The translations under genes and the position numbers were made by a program. From sequence record PP355768.1: a DNA stretch of 33,000 nucleotides; one strand, given 5' to 3'. Each line of letters opens with the position of its first letter. Positions within the stretch are counted from its first letter, which is position 1. Positions 1 to 8,605 of the stretch are shown piece by piece. The notes under the pieces were generated by a model. That model saw only the letters and a program-made list of their open reading frames with translations, ran no database searches and was not told where the DNA came from.

Positions 1-1
1 C

Positions 2-262
2 ATATTTCGTAATTATCGCAAATATTTCGACACTGTAGCAGAAAACTATCTTTTACAAACATATTACATAAGTGGAGCTCCTAGACCAGAAGAATTAGCA
101 TATATTCTTTATGGAAATAGTCAGCTGTACTGGATTCTTTTAATGTGTAATAACGTATATGACCCGTTTAGAGATTGGATTAAAACCCAGGATGCATGCT
201 ATCAATTTGCACAACAAAAATATGCAGATGTAGGTGGAGACCAAATACTCTATCACGTGGAT
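2..262 (+). pseudogene. 53: Baseplate wedge protein gp53, internal fragment (5' end outside the window, 3' end replaced at a junction)
   Basis: Frame 2 reads IFRNYRKYF..YYISGAPRPEELAYILYGNSQLYWILLMCNNVYDPF..KYADVGGDQILYHVD, matching T4 gp53 motifs (PRPEELA, LYWVLLM, GGDQIVYHV). Not in the ORF track because it has no start codon. Confidence 0.9.
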
Positions 263-316
263 GACTTTGTTAAATCCGGTCTGTCTAAATTAATGAAAGA
301 AATAAACAACTTTTAA
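263..316 (+). pseudogene. rnh: RNase H, last ~17 codons, joined in frame to the gp53 fragment
   Basis: FVKSGLSKLMKEINNF* matches the T4 RNase H C-terminus. It is followed by dsbA-33-59-32, the T4 gene order. Confidence 0.85.
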
Positions 317-326
317 GGTGAATATA

Positions 327-599
327 ATGGCTAAGAAAGAAAAAGAGCAAGTAGTATTTGATGAAGCAGTACACGGACAGGCTCTGCGAGATATGATTAA
401 GGAAGCCTCAGGTAATAAGCTAAAAGCAGAAAGCTATCTTGAGCTTAACAAAGACATTAAAGACCGCGCCAAGAAAGAGCTTGGTGTAGAAGGCAAATTA
501 TTTAATCAGCTGCTTGCCCTGTTCCATAAAGGTACACGCGATCGTTACGAAACTGAAAAGGACGAAGTGGTAGAAGCTTATGACTCTATTTTCGCTTAA
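327..599 (+). CDS. dsbA: Double-stranded DNA-binding protein DsbA
   Basis: MAKKEKEQVVFDEAVHG..ELGVEGKLFNQLLALFHK resembles T4 DsbA; lies between rnh and 33; ATG at 327. Confidence 0.92.
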   Translation: MAKKEKEQVVFDEAVHGQALRDMIKEASGNKLKAESYLELNKDIKDRAKKELGVEGKLFNQLLALFHKGTRDRYETEKDEVVEAYDSIFA

Positions 600-879
600 A
601 GATGAGGGGGACACATCCCCCTCCGAATCCATTAACCAGCTGCTAGATAAGCAAGCTAATGGATTTGCTATCGAATCTATGGTAACAGAACTTGGAATGG
701 GGTATCTCGAGGCAACGACACAATGGCTAGAAGAAAATTCTATTCCTGAGGGAAACTTCAGTAGATATATTCCACCTGCAATCATAGAAAAAATTATGTC
801 AGAAGCGTTAGAAGAAAATATGCTTCGACCATCATTTAGTCAAACACATAAAACGAATAGTCTGGATTTTTTATTATGA
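580..879 (+). CDS. 33: Late transcription co-activator gp33
   Basis: GMGYLEATTQWLEENSIPE..KTNSLDFLL, typical gp33 core and acidic-hydrophobic DFLL tail. Confidence 0.93.
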   Translation: MTLFSLKDEGDTSPSESINQLLDKQANGFAIESMVTELGMGYLEATTQWLEENSIPEGNFSRYIPPAIIEKIMSEALEENMLRPSFSQTHKTNSLDFLL

Positions 880-1259
880 TTCGTCTACGCATGCCCCAAA
901 ACAATAATAGATACGTTAACGGTAAGAGCGTTTATCTTTTATATTTAATGAATATTTACTACTTTGCTAAGAAAGTTAATGTAGATAAGCTTCATGATAT
1001 TTTTGAATATAATGAGAAAGTCGGAACATCTTATGTGTTCAAACTTCTTCAGTCAAACGTTATATCTTTCGAGACATTCATCATGCTTGACTCGTTTTTA
1101 GATATAATAAATACACATGATACTGCAACGGATAACTTAGTTTGGAGTAATTACTCCACTAAATTAAAAGCTTATAAAAAACTTTTAAACGTTGACGGTG
1201 CTGAAGCTAAGAAACTCTTTATTAGCATAATCAAATCTTGTAAAGAAATTAGTATATAA
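876..1259 (+). pseudogene. 59: Helicase loader gp59 with an in-frame internal deletion of ~90 aa
   Basis: The N-terminus (MIRLRMP..GKSVYLLYLM) is joined at ~950/951 directly to the C-terminal part (NIYYFAKKV..FKLLQSNVISFETF). 127 aa versus 217 aa for T4 gp59. Confidence 0.88.
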
Positions 1260-1269
1260 TTAATCTATC

Positions 1270-1297
1270 GTCCAGTTGCAAGGACCCATGTTGCAAC
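1270..1297 (+). promoter_or_regulatory. H-type RNA pseudoknot in the gene 32 leader (autogenous translational operator)
   Basis: GTCC(1270-73) A GTTGCAA(1275-81) GGAC(1282-85) CCATG TTGCAAC(1291-97): two interlocking stems with a 1-nt loop 1, followed by an A/T-rich tract up to the ATG. Same architecture as the T2/T4 gene 32 pseudoknot. Confidence 0.85.
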
Positions 1298-1326
1298 AAC
1301 AACTGTTAAATTAAAAAGGTAATCAT

Positions 1327-2013
1327 ATGTTCAAGCGTAAAAATCCTGCTCAACTTCAACAACAACTGGCTGGTCTGAAAGGTGGTTCTTCTTTCTCTAA
1401 CGAAGATAAAAACGAATGGAAACTGAAGACCGATAATGCTGGTAACGGTCAAGCAGTAATTCGCTTCCTGCCTGGTAAAGCTGAATATAAGCTTCTGAAA
1501 CGTAAAACTTCTTTCTGGTCTAACATCCTGGTTATTAAAGACCCGGCTAACCCAGAAAACGAAGGCAAAGTATTCAAATTCCGTTTCGGTCAGAAAATTA
1601 TGGACAAAATCAACGCGATGGTTGAAGTCGATGTTGATATGGGTGAAACTCCGGTTGATGTAACTTGTGTGTATGAAGGTGCAAACTTCGTCATGAAAGT
1701 TAAGAAAGTCGGTGGTTTCCAGAACTATGATGAATGTAAATTCCTTGGTCAGTCCGAGATTGCAAACATCAATGATGAAGAAACTCAGAAATTCCTGACC
1801 GAAAATATGGCTGACCTCAGCGAAATTGTGGCTCCATCTCAGTTTAAATCGTTTGAAGTTAACGAAGCCAAATTTAAACAGATTATGGGTACAGCAGCTC
1901 TTGGTGGTGCCGCGGCCAAAGCAGCAGCCCAAGCCGATAAAATTGGTGATGACCTGGATTCCTTTGACAAAGACCTGTCTGATTTTGAATCCAAACCGAC
2001 CTCTTCTCGTTAG
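1327..2013 (+). pseudogene. 32: Single-stranded DNA-binding protein gp32, with the zinc-binding subdomain deleted in frame and the acidic C-tail truncated
   Basis: [18 protein letters not shown] is joined at ~1479 to [13 protein letters not shown]; the His/Cys Zn-ligand region of T4 gp32 is absent. Ends at ..KPTSSR* where the gene 7 block begins (~2010). Confidence 0.92.
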
Positions 2014-3649
2014 CATAGAAATCATTCTTGCGTGCTTCAAAGAAACGGACGACAGCGTCACGAGCGTCTTTACTCAGATAAATGTTGCGTTTATAAACTT
2101 CTGACCACAGATATTCCCATGCATTTTCTTCGCGAGGATATTTGTTCTTAACAAGATTAACGAGACTGTTGTAATGTGTTCCATTTCCATCCGAAAGGAA
2201 TTGGAGATAGTACTTACAAAAGTGCTCAAAATTACTATCTTGTAGCAAGTAACTATCCGGCATCATTTTAGTAAGATACGGACGTAAATCTGGGTCACGT
2301 AAGCCTGGAGTATGTTCAGGAGTCCAATCTTCTTCACGGGTTTGGTTCTGCAGAAACGCCTTAAACATTACATCAGTTGGTTTCCAGTTAAGCGTTACCT
2401 GGTCACGAACACGATAATCGAATGCATAATAACCTATCAGCTTTCCATCTGGCTCGTGAAACATGATACCAGAAGCATACTGCAAAAATCCGTTAAATGA
2501 AACCGGAGGGCAATAAAACGTTGCGTCGCCTTTATCCCACACTTCCGAAAGAATGCGCTCGGTAGTTCCCTGTGCTGCTGTATCTACTCTTTTCTGATAA
2601 AGAATATCATTATAAATGACAACTGCATGGTCAGCTGTACTTATCCAGCATCTGTTGCCTTCACGAGCCATCCAGACAAACCAAGGTTCAGCATAAAACC
2701 TCATAGGTCCAGGAACAAATGTTTCCCATCTTGAAAATTCATCTGCTCTGAAACTCATCATGTGATAATGCTTATCAGAGTGATACTGAATTGGGTTAAC
2801 ATTTTTAACTGCGGTAGAAATTAGTTCTGGATATTTCGTCTCAAGCTCAATATCCTGAGCGTACTCTGTTGTCTTAAAATTAGCTGATGAAAAGAATATT
2901 TCCTTTCCGTCAGTTGACATAGAAGTCCATAAATGCTCTATACGACGTTTTTCTTCATCTGTATTACCGAATACACGTTTCCATGTATTTGTGTCTTCTT
3001 GATAAACATAGACGCCTTTAGTAGCAGAATCCACAACATTCCGTGGGTCTGTTGGGTCTAATCCTAAGGTTTTAACTTCCCCGGTAATAAGGGCAAAGAT
3101 TTTGCCTCCAACGGAATCCATTTTAAAGCATACAGATTTAGGATTGCCTGTTATATGAGATGCTTCTTTTTCGAACACCTTTTCACCAAATGTAGGGCTT
3201 AAAGGGTCAGTATCTATTGGAGCATCTTTTAATTTAACTTTACGGACAGTGTCTTTTGCAACAACATACAAATAGTCGTCATTGCAGGTAAACGCTTCAG
3301 CATATTTGGTAACGTCAGCAGGCAATGATGCATACGTTCCGAATAACTCTACTTCAAAGCCAAGCTTTAACTGGTCTCCCAATTTAGCAAATGTAACTTC
3401 GTTATCGCTGAACTTAACCTCGTTTGATGACCAGCGCACGTCAGATGATTTCCTTCCGTAAAAGATTTTATCATATCCTAAAACATAAGAAGTAGTTTTA
3501 GATTGATAAATGACTACTCGTGAAACCGGATTTCCGACACGGTCATTAAATAACTGAACGTATTGCCAATTCTGTCCTTTATCATTTGATACTTTAACCA
3601 TATGTTGGAATCTTTCAAACAGATACAAAATTCCGTCTATTTCTCCGAT
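2011..3649 (-). pseudogene. 7: Baseplate wedge initiator gp7, central fragment
   Basis: ILYLFERFQ..KVSNDKG..DPDLRP..WEYLWSEVYKRNIYL..RFFEARKNDFYA matches T4 gp7. The ORF-track tail after DFYA is read-through into the antisense of gene 32. Confidence 0.92.
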
Positions 3650-3693
3650 AGCTTATGAATTCGTAAGCTGGTGACGAACGGTGCAATTGTCAT
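3646..3693 (-). pseudogene. 7: gp7 first ~16 codons, out of frame with the central fragment
   Basis: The ATG at 3693 overlaps the gp6 stop (ATGA). It reads MTIAPFVTSLRIHKLS (T4: MTVKAPSVTSLRISKLS), then jumps ~170 codons ahead in another frame. Confidence 0.85.
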
Positions 3694-3900
3694 TGAGTAA
3701 TAGGCTCCAATTTAATAGTTGTGTATTGAGGACGAAGGTCATTCTCAAATACGATAAGTGTTCCATCGCGGGCGAAGACGATATCCTGGGTAGGAGTAGA
3801 ATAAAGCTCAATACTCTGGTCTTCAAACTGAAGAGGATCGGCTCCAATAGCTCCAAGGCTCCAGTAAATATTATCACCATAATAATCTACTTCACCGATT
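3690..3900 (-). pseudogene. 6: Baseplate wedge gp6, C-terminal fragment
   Basis: KIGEVDYYGDNIYW..IELYSTPTQDIVFARDGTLIVFENDLRPQYTTIKLEPITQ* matches the T4 gp6 C-terminus; not in the ORF track. Confidence 0.88.
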
Positions 3901-4108
3901 TTTTGAAATTAGTACGAATAGCTTCATCAACAGAGTTATCAATGATTTCATCAATCAGTTTGATAATACCAGGAACATACTTTACTGATTGGAATTTACC
4001 AAAAAGAAAACGGTCATGCGCTTCAAACGCAGAACTACCAATGTACATTCCGCTACGCTTAATGATATGTTCTCGGTCACTCAGAATTTTAATTTCGTTC
4101 TTAATCAT
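3901..4108 (-). pseudogene. 39: DNA topoisomerase II large subunit gp39, N-terminal ~70 codons
   Basis: MIKNEIKILSDREHIIKRSGMYIGSS..KLIDEIIDNSVDE (GHKL ATPase start). Broken in a T6 run at ~3900. Confidence 0.93.
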
Positions 4109-4138
4109 TACATTTCCTCGGTTAGTGAAGGAATTATA

Positions 4139-4507
4139 TCAACTATTGATTATAGCAAGTAATTCTTCTTTGATATACATCAATTTACCAAGAACCTCAT
4201 GGCCTCCTTTAACCGCTTTATACTCTGGGTATCGTGGCCGCTGTCGTTCAAACATAGTCCATTGAGCATCACTAACGTTAGCGTATGCATATCGAGAATT
4301 TCCGTAGTACTGTTCAATCCGGTACTCGTTGTTTTCATTAAGTGAAATCCACTCTTCACAGACCTCATAATATTTCTGCATCCAAATAGTACGACCATTC
4401 ACGTCATTGATTGGCCACCAAGCAAACCTGTATTTTCCAATAGCCCGCTCTACCATTTTTAACTGTCGTTTAGCACGCCTTTGCGCAGTTGTCATTCCAA
4501 TAATCAT
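4139..4507 (-). CDS. Hypothetical early protein
   Basis: 122-aa ORF with a GAGGAG RBS, downstream of an early-type promoter; no family recognised. Confidence 0.7.
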   Translation of the reverse strand: MIIGMTTAQRRAKRQLKMVERAIGKYRFAWWPINDVNGRTIWMQKYYEVCEEWISLNENNEYRIEQYYGNSRYAYANVSDAQWTMFERQRPRYPEYKAVKGGHEVLGKLMYIKEELLAIINS

Positions 4508-4533
4508 AATATTCTCCTCTGGCCAACAAGACT

Positions 4534-4563
4534 ATAATACCAAAACACGATGTCCATGTAAAC
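4534..4563 (-). promoter_or_regulatory. T4-type early promoter
   Basis: Minus strand reads GTTTAC (4563-4558) .. TGG TATTAT (4539-4534), upstream of the 4507 ORF. Confidence 0.7.
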
Positions 4564-4567
4564 AACT

Positions 4568-4587
4568 AAATGACCCGAAGGTCATTT
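4568..4587 (-). terminator. UUCG-tetraloop hairpin, likely intrinsic terminator
   Basis: AAATGACC TTCG GGTCATTT immediately after the 39.1 stop. Confidence 0.7.
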
Positions 4588-4834
4588 ATTCATAACGAAT
4601 TGTGCTGTTCTTGAGAAAAAGCCCTGAGCACACCGTTCCGTTAACAGGTTTTCCTGTTGGCCCAATAGCCGTAAAGCCTGTGTGCTGAAAATCATCCTCT
4701 GAGCAAGAAAAGAACTTATATCCAGTGATTTTGATATCAGTAAATCCCGCGTTATCTAACACGCGAGTTGCGTTATCAGCGTCAGTGCATCCAATCATCA
4801 TGAAGGCAAGCGCTGTAATTAAAATCTTTTTCAT
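4586..4834 (-). CDS. 39.1: gp39.1-like lipoprotein
   Basis: Signal peptide with lipobox (MIGC), then TDADNAT..FQHTGF.AIGPTG..GTVCSGLF as in T4 39.1. Confidence 0.85.
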   Translation of the reverse strand: MKKILITALAFMMIGCTDADNATRVLDNAGFTDIKITGYKFFSCSEDDFQHTGFTAIGPTGKPVNGTVCSGLFLKNSTIRYE

Positions 4835-4920
4835 TTTAATTTAACCCTATAAGTTATATTACCTACTTTAATAACCCGGATTTCTCCGGGTTTCATGGTA
4901 ATGCGTGCTTTAGTTCCCAT
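4831..4920 (-). CDS. 29-aa micro-ORF (MGTKARITMKPGEIRVIKVGNITYRVKLK)
   Basis: Its start overlaps the 39.2 stop (TGATG) and its stop overlaps the 39.1 start (ATGA), consistent with translational coupling at both ends. Confidence 0.6.
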   Translation of the reverse strand: MGTKARITMKPGEIRVIKVGNITYRVKLK

Positions 4921-5096
4921 CAATAATCACCGCTCTTTAATCCATCGTAGTGAACTGCCGGTGCAGAAACTACTCGCTTCATTTGACCTTCACACTTAGG
5001 GTTAAAGCAGTTAACAGTGTAGTCACGATGAGAAATTTTACGCATAATTTCTATCTTTTTTCCACAGACTTCACACTTGTAATCATACATTGGCAT
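4920..5096 (-). CDS. 39.2: FmdB-like zinc-ribbon protein (gp39.2-like)
   Basis: MPMYDYKCEVCG..C.NPKC..MKRVVSAP; two CxxC-type pairs. Confidence 0.85.
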   Translation of the reverse strand: MPMYDYKCEVCGKKIEIMRKISHRDYTVNCFNPKCEGQMKRVVSAPAVHYDGLKSGDY

Positions 5097-5418
5097 TAAC
5101 AGCATCCTTCCATTTTTGTGTTTTGACTACGATTTGCTCATTCAGCGCACGAGTAACCATCATGGAGATTTCATCATCTGATACATGCGCATCATCTTTA
5201 TGACGATTTCTGAAATGAAGCCAAAGTGCATCTACTACACAGTTAATAACATCTGCGCACTCGCCTTCAAACTCTTCTTTCTGCCGCCATGGACGATTAA
5301 TCCAATCACACATTTCTCCAGTTTCTGAAGAAAGTTGCAGCATGACATTCCCAATGCTACGATTAGGAATAGGATAAGACAGTTTTGATGCTTCAAAAAT
5401 AGGAGCTAAATTTAACAT
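5083..5418 (-). CDS. MazG-like nucleotide pyrophosphohydrolase (putative)
   Basis: Helical protein with SSETGEMC (ExxE) and EGECADV (ExxD) motifs of all-alpha NTP pyrophosphatases. Confidence 0.6.
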   Translation of the reverse strand: MLNLAPIFEASKLSYPIPNRSIGNVMLQLSSETGEMCDWINRPWRQKEEFEGECADVINCVVDALWLHFRNRHKDDAHVSDDEISMMVTRALNEQIVVKTQKWKDAVNANV

Positions 5419-5777
5419 TGATATGCACTCTGCAGTGCTGCAATAGCAGCGATTGCTTGACCACGGTTATGAATAGAAAGATTCATAACCAAATCGGTTG
5501 GAATTACATTCGCAGAAGTTCCAACTTCAGTAAAGTATTTGAATTCGCTATCAAAAATTACAAGGTCTTCACCGCCGACTTCATCGCATTCTGTGCCATT
5601 AGCCCACATAATTCCGGATACTCTATTATTTTGGTAGTCAACTTTAGTAACAGTAAAACTCCCGCCATTTTCATAGAGTTCAAACACAAAGTCTTCATTA
5701 ACCTCATAGCGTGAAGAAAATTCTTCTTCAGCTTCATCATTGACGAATTTGTACTGTACGCCTTCTTTAAAATTCAT
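5412..5777 (-). CDS. goF: GoF (comC-alpha)-like mRNA metabolism modulator
   Basis: N-terminal F.EG..YKF..EEEF and C-terminal L.IHNRGQAIAAI..LQ pattern; lies next to cef as in T4. Confidence 0.6.
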   Translation of the reverse strand: MNFKEGVQYKFVNDEAEEEFSSRYEVNEDFVFELYENGGSFTVTKVDYQNNRVSGIMWANGTECDEVGGEDLVIFDSEFKYFTEVGTSANVIPTDLVMNLSIHNRGQAIAAIAALQSAYQC

Positions 5778-5992
5778 TACACAATCTCCATGTATTCTGG
5801 GCCATCAACTGTGATTACACGAGCAAAGGTACGAACTGGGACAATATCACCATGGTTCGCGAATACATACAACCAGGTCCAATGCTCTTCTTTACCGAAG
5901 GTTTTCTCTTTCTGAACGACGATTAAGTCCGGGTTGAACAGAATGTCTTCAAAAGCTTCGGCAGTAATTTTTACGGTGTTTTCAGTTTTCAT
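5777..5992 (-). CDS. cef: Cef, modifier of suppressor tRNAs
   Basis: MKTENT..EAFEDILFNPDLIVVQKE..YVF resembles T4 Cef. True start at 5992 with a GAGGAG RBS; the ORF-track extension is gene 23 antisense. Confidence 0.8.
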   Translation of the reverse strand: MKTENTVKITAEAFEDILFNPDLIVVQKEKTFGKEEHWTWLYVFANHGDIVPVRTFARVITVDGPEYMEIV

Positions 5993-6036
5993 GTTATTCT
6001 CCTCAGTAGTTGATAAGATAATAGTACCACATCCTT

Positions 6037-6813
6037 CGTCAGCTGAAAGCACAGTATTCAATCGAACTGGCTCAGGACCTCCGCGCTGTTCACGGTATGG
6101 ACGCTGATGCTGAACTGAGTTCAATCCTGGCTACTGAAATTATGCTGGAAATCAACCGTGAAGTTGTTGACTGGATTAACTACTCCGCTCAGGTTGGTAA
6201 ATCTGGTATGACCCAGACTGTTGGTTCTAAAGCCGGTGTATTCGACTTCCAAGACCCGATTGATATCCGCGGTGCTCGTTGGGCAGGTGAAAGCTTTAAA
6301 GCTCTGCTGTTCCAGATTGACAAAGAATCCGCTGAAATCGCTCGTCAGACCGGTCGCGGTGAAGGTAACTTCATTATCGCTTCCCGTAACGTAGTTAACG
6401 TACTGGCAGCTGTTGATACCAACGTATCTCCGGCAGCTCAGGGTCTGGGTCGTGGTTATAATACCGACACCACTAAAGCAGTATTTGCTGGTGTTCTGGG
6501 TGGTCGCTACCGTGTATACATCGACCAGTATGCTCGTCAGGATTACTTCACCATCGGTTATAAAGGTGCTAACGAAATGGATGCTGGTATCTACTATGCT
6601 CCGTATGTTGCACTGACCCCGCTGCGTGGTTCCGATCCGAAGAACTTCCAACCGGTCATGGGGTTCAAAACCCGTTACGGTATCGGTATTAACCCGTTCG
6701 CCGATTCTGCTGCTCAACAGCCGAAAGGTCGTATTACCTCTGGTATGCCTTCTATCGTCAACTCTGTTGGTAAGAATGCTTACTTCCGTCGTGTATGGGT
6801 TAAAGGTATCTAA
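6037..6813 (+). pseudogene. 23: Major capsid protein gp23, C-terminal half only
   Basis: RQLKAQYSIELAQDLRAVHGMDADAELSSILATEIMLEINREVV..KTRYGIGINPF..YFRRVWVKGI. Begins at a junction (~6036) that cuts the cef promoter region. Confidence 0.96.
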
Positions 6814-6822
6814 TACCAATAA

Positions 6823-6843
6823 GGGAGCCTTCGGGCTCCCTTT
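6823..6843 (+). terminator. Intrinsic terminator after gene 23
   Basis: GGGAGCC TTCG GGCTCCC TTT. Confidence 0.88.
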
Positions 6844-6858
6844 AGTTGTTTTAATGGA

Positions 6859-6866
6859 TATAAATA
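6859..6866 (+). promoter_or_regulatory. T4 late (gp55) promoter
   Basis: TATAAATA upstream of gene 24. Confidence 0.85.
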
Positions 6867-6894
6867 AACTTATAAATCCACAGAGGAAAGCGCA

Positions 6895-8052
6895 ATGGCT
6901 AAAATCAACGAACTTCTGCGCGAGTCAACTACAACGAGTAGCAACTTAATTGGTCGCCCTAATCTCGTTGCATTAACGCGCGCAACCACTAAATTAATCT
7001 ATACTGACCTCGTTGCTACACAGCGTACTAAACAGCCTGTAGCAGCGTTATATGGCATTAAATATCTTAACCCAAATGGTGATTTGACATTTGCAACAGG
7101 TGCAACCTATGCAGGTCAAATCGGTGCCCCGGAACGTGAGTCAATTGAAGAACTCACTATGGCGAATAAAGATTCTTTTAATAAAGATGACATGTTTAAG
7201 TACCAGAACGTAGTCTTTAAAGTGCTTAAAGACGGGCCGTTTACTGGTACAGCTGAAACCGACGAATTTGGAATTGTATCTGAAGCAGTAGCAGCTAATA
7301 ATATTCGTATGATGTCAGATGCTGCAGTCACTGAAAAATTCGAAGGACCTGATTCAGACCCAATCACCGAAGCCAGTTTTAAAATTGATAAATGGCAAAC
7401 AGCTGTTAAATCGCGTAAGCTTAAAACAGATTTAACTGTAGAATTAGCTCAAGACTTAGAAGCTAACGGGTTCGATGCTCCAGAGCTTATTGATGATTTA
7501 CTTGCTACTGAAATGGCAGAAGACATTAATAAAGACATCCTGCAATCATTGATTACGGTTTCTTCTCGGTTTAAAGTAACTGGTGTATCCGATAAAGGTG
7601 TATTAGATTTAACTAAGCAGGATTCTGCTCCGGAACAAGGTCGTACTCTGTATCGTTTCATTTGTGAAATGAATTCAGCAGTTCAACGTAATACTTCTTA
7701 TTCTGGCACCTACGCAGTAGCATCTACTCGTTGCGCGGCGGTACTGGCAGCTTCTGGTTGGTTAATGCAGAAGAACGATGGGACTATTCCAGAAAACGCA
7801 TATGGCATTCTGAATAACGGCCTTCCACTGTACTGTGATACTAACAGTCCGATTGATTACGTTATTGTTGGTGTTAAGGCAGAATTTGGTGGGAAGGAAA
7901 CTGTAGGTTCATTATTCTATGCGCCATATACCGAAGGATTGGATGAGGACGAAGCTCGTGTGATTAATGCTGCGGATATGGATAAGATGGCAGGAAGAAG
8001 TCAGATGTCTGTTATGCTTGGTGTTAAGTTACCTAAGCTGATTGCGGACTAA
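6895..8052 (+). pseudogene. 24: Capsid vertex protein gp24 with an in-frame deletion of ~40 aa near the C-terminus
   Basis: MAKINELLRESTTT..YAPYTEGLD is joined at ~7944 to EDEARVINAADMDKMAGRS. The segment containing LLVRYALSANPYT in T4 gp24 is missing; 385 aa versus 427 aa. Confidence 0.88.
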
Positions 8053-8054
8053 TT

Positions 8055-8312
8055 CAAGTTAGCTGTTCCAATAAAGCTTTCGTATAAAGCAGTATTACTA
8101 AATTGCTGTATGTAAAGCGTGTTATATGCTAATAAGTCTAATAGCACGTTTAAACGCGAACCAGCAAAATCAAAGTCCTGAAACTCTTTTTGACCGCTAA
8201 GCCAGTTAATAAGCTGATTTTTAATTTCGTCGAATGTTGCTCCAGTAAATGCGTCTGGGATAGCGTTTGCAGTACGCGTTAACTGATAATTTAAAGGTTC
8301 TTTAATAGCCAT
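8055..8312 (-). pseudogene. 6: Baseplate wedge gp6, N-terminal ~86 codons
   Basis: [49 protein letters not shown] overlap with the 5.4 stop; cut next to the gene 24 stop. Confidence 0.92.
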
Positions 8313-8605
8313 TAGTGTATGAATACCTTTGAGCTTGATTGCGCGACAGTGTCGCCACAAGAAATTGGATCGGCCATTTGAACAGCTTTTTTGCCTGTTA
8401 CAAATACCTTGGATGTGCGAGGTTGAACAACTCCTCCATGCGTATCATGAGGGTCAACCGTCTTGGTGTGTGGGGTAATTGAGTCGCCATCAACTAATAC
8501 CGCTATTCCACCAGTGAATACTTTACTTTGTGTAGCATTTACTTCTGTCGGAGGATACGCACTATGCCCGGCAGTTAAGCATTTATTAAATGATAGTCCA
8601 GCCAT
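8312..8605 (-). CDS. 5.4: PAAR-repeat spike tip protein gp5.4
   Basis: TAGH..YPPT..HT....[15 protein letters not shown]: PAAR fold with His/Cys metal ligands. Confidence 0.92.
   Translation of the reverse strand: MAGLSFNKCLTAGHSAYPPTEVNATQSKVFTGGIAVLVDGDSITPHTKTVDPHDTHGGVVQPRTSKVFVTGKKAVQMADPISCGDTVAQSSSKVFIH

Noticed and set aside
1476-3655. Restriction-ligation origin of junctions (AGCT at ~1479 and ~3650)
   Set aside because: Most other junctions (263, 950, 2010, 7944, 19250, 29580, 30364) have no AGCT and I saw no other shared motif; a 4-mer at two sites is expected by chance.
1306-4265. Long alternative ORFs 1306-2061(-), 3681-4265(+) and 498-785(-)
   Set aside because: They are antisense shadows of genes 32, 6/39 and dsbA/33, with no RBS or recognisable motifs; some cross junctions.
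6121-6819. 232-aa ORF antisense to gene 23
   Set aside because: Typical shadow frame of a strongly codon-biased capsid gene; no independent evidence.
876-8052. Intron or intein removal (cDNA-like splicing) explaining the short gp59, gp32 and gp24
   Set aside because: The missing segments are conserved core protein sequence in T4, not intervening elements, and a similar deletion in gp7 is out of frame.
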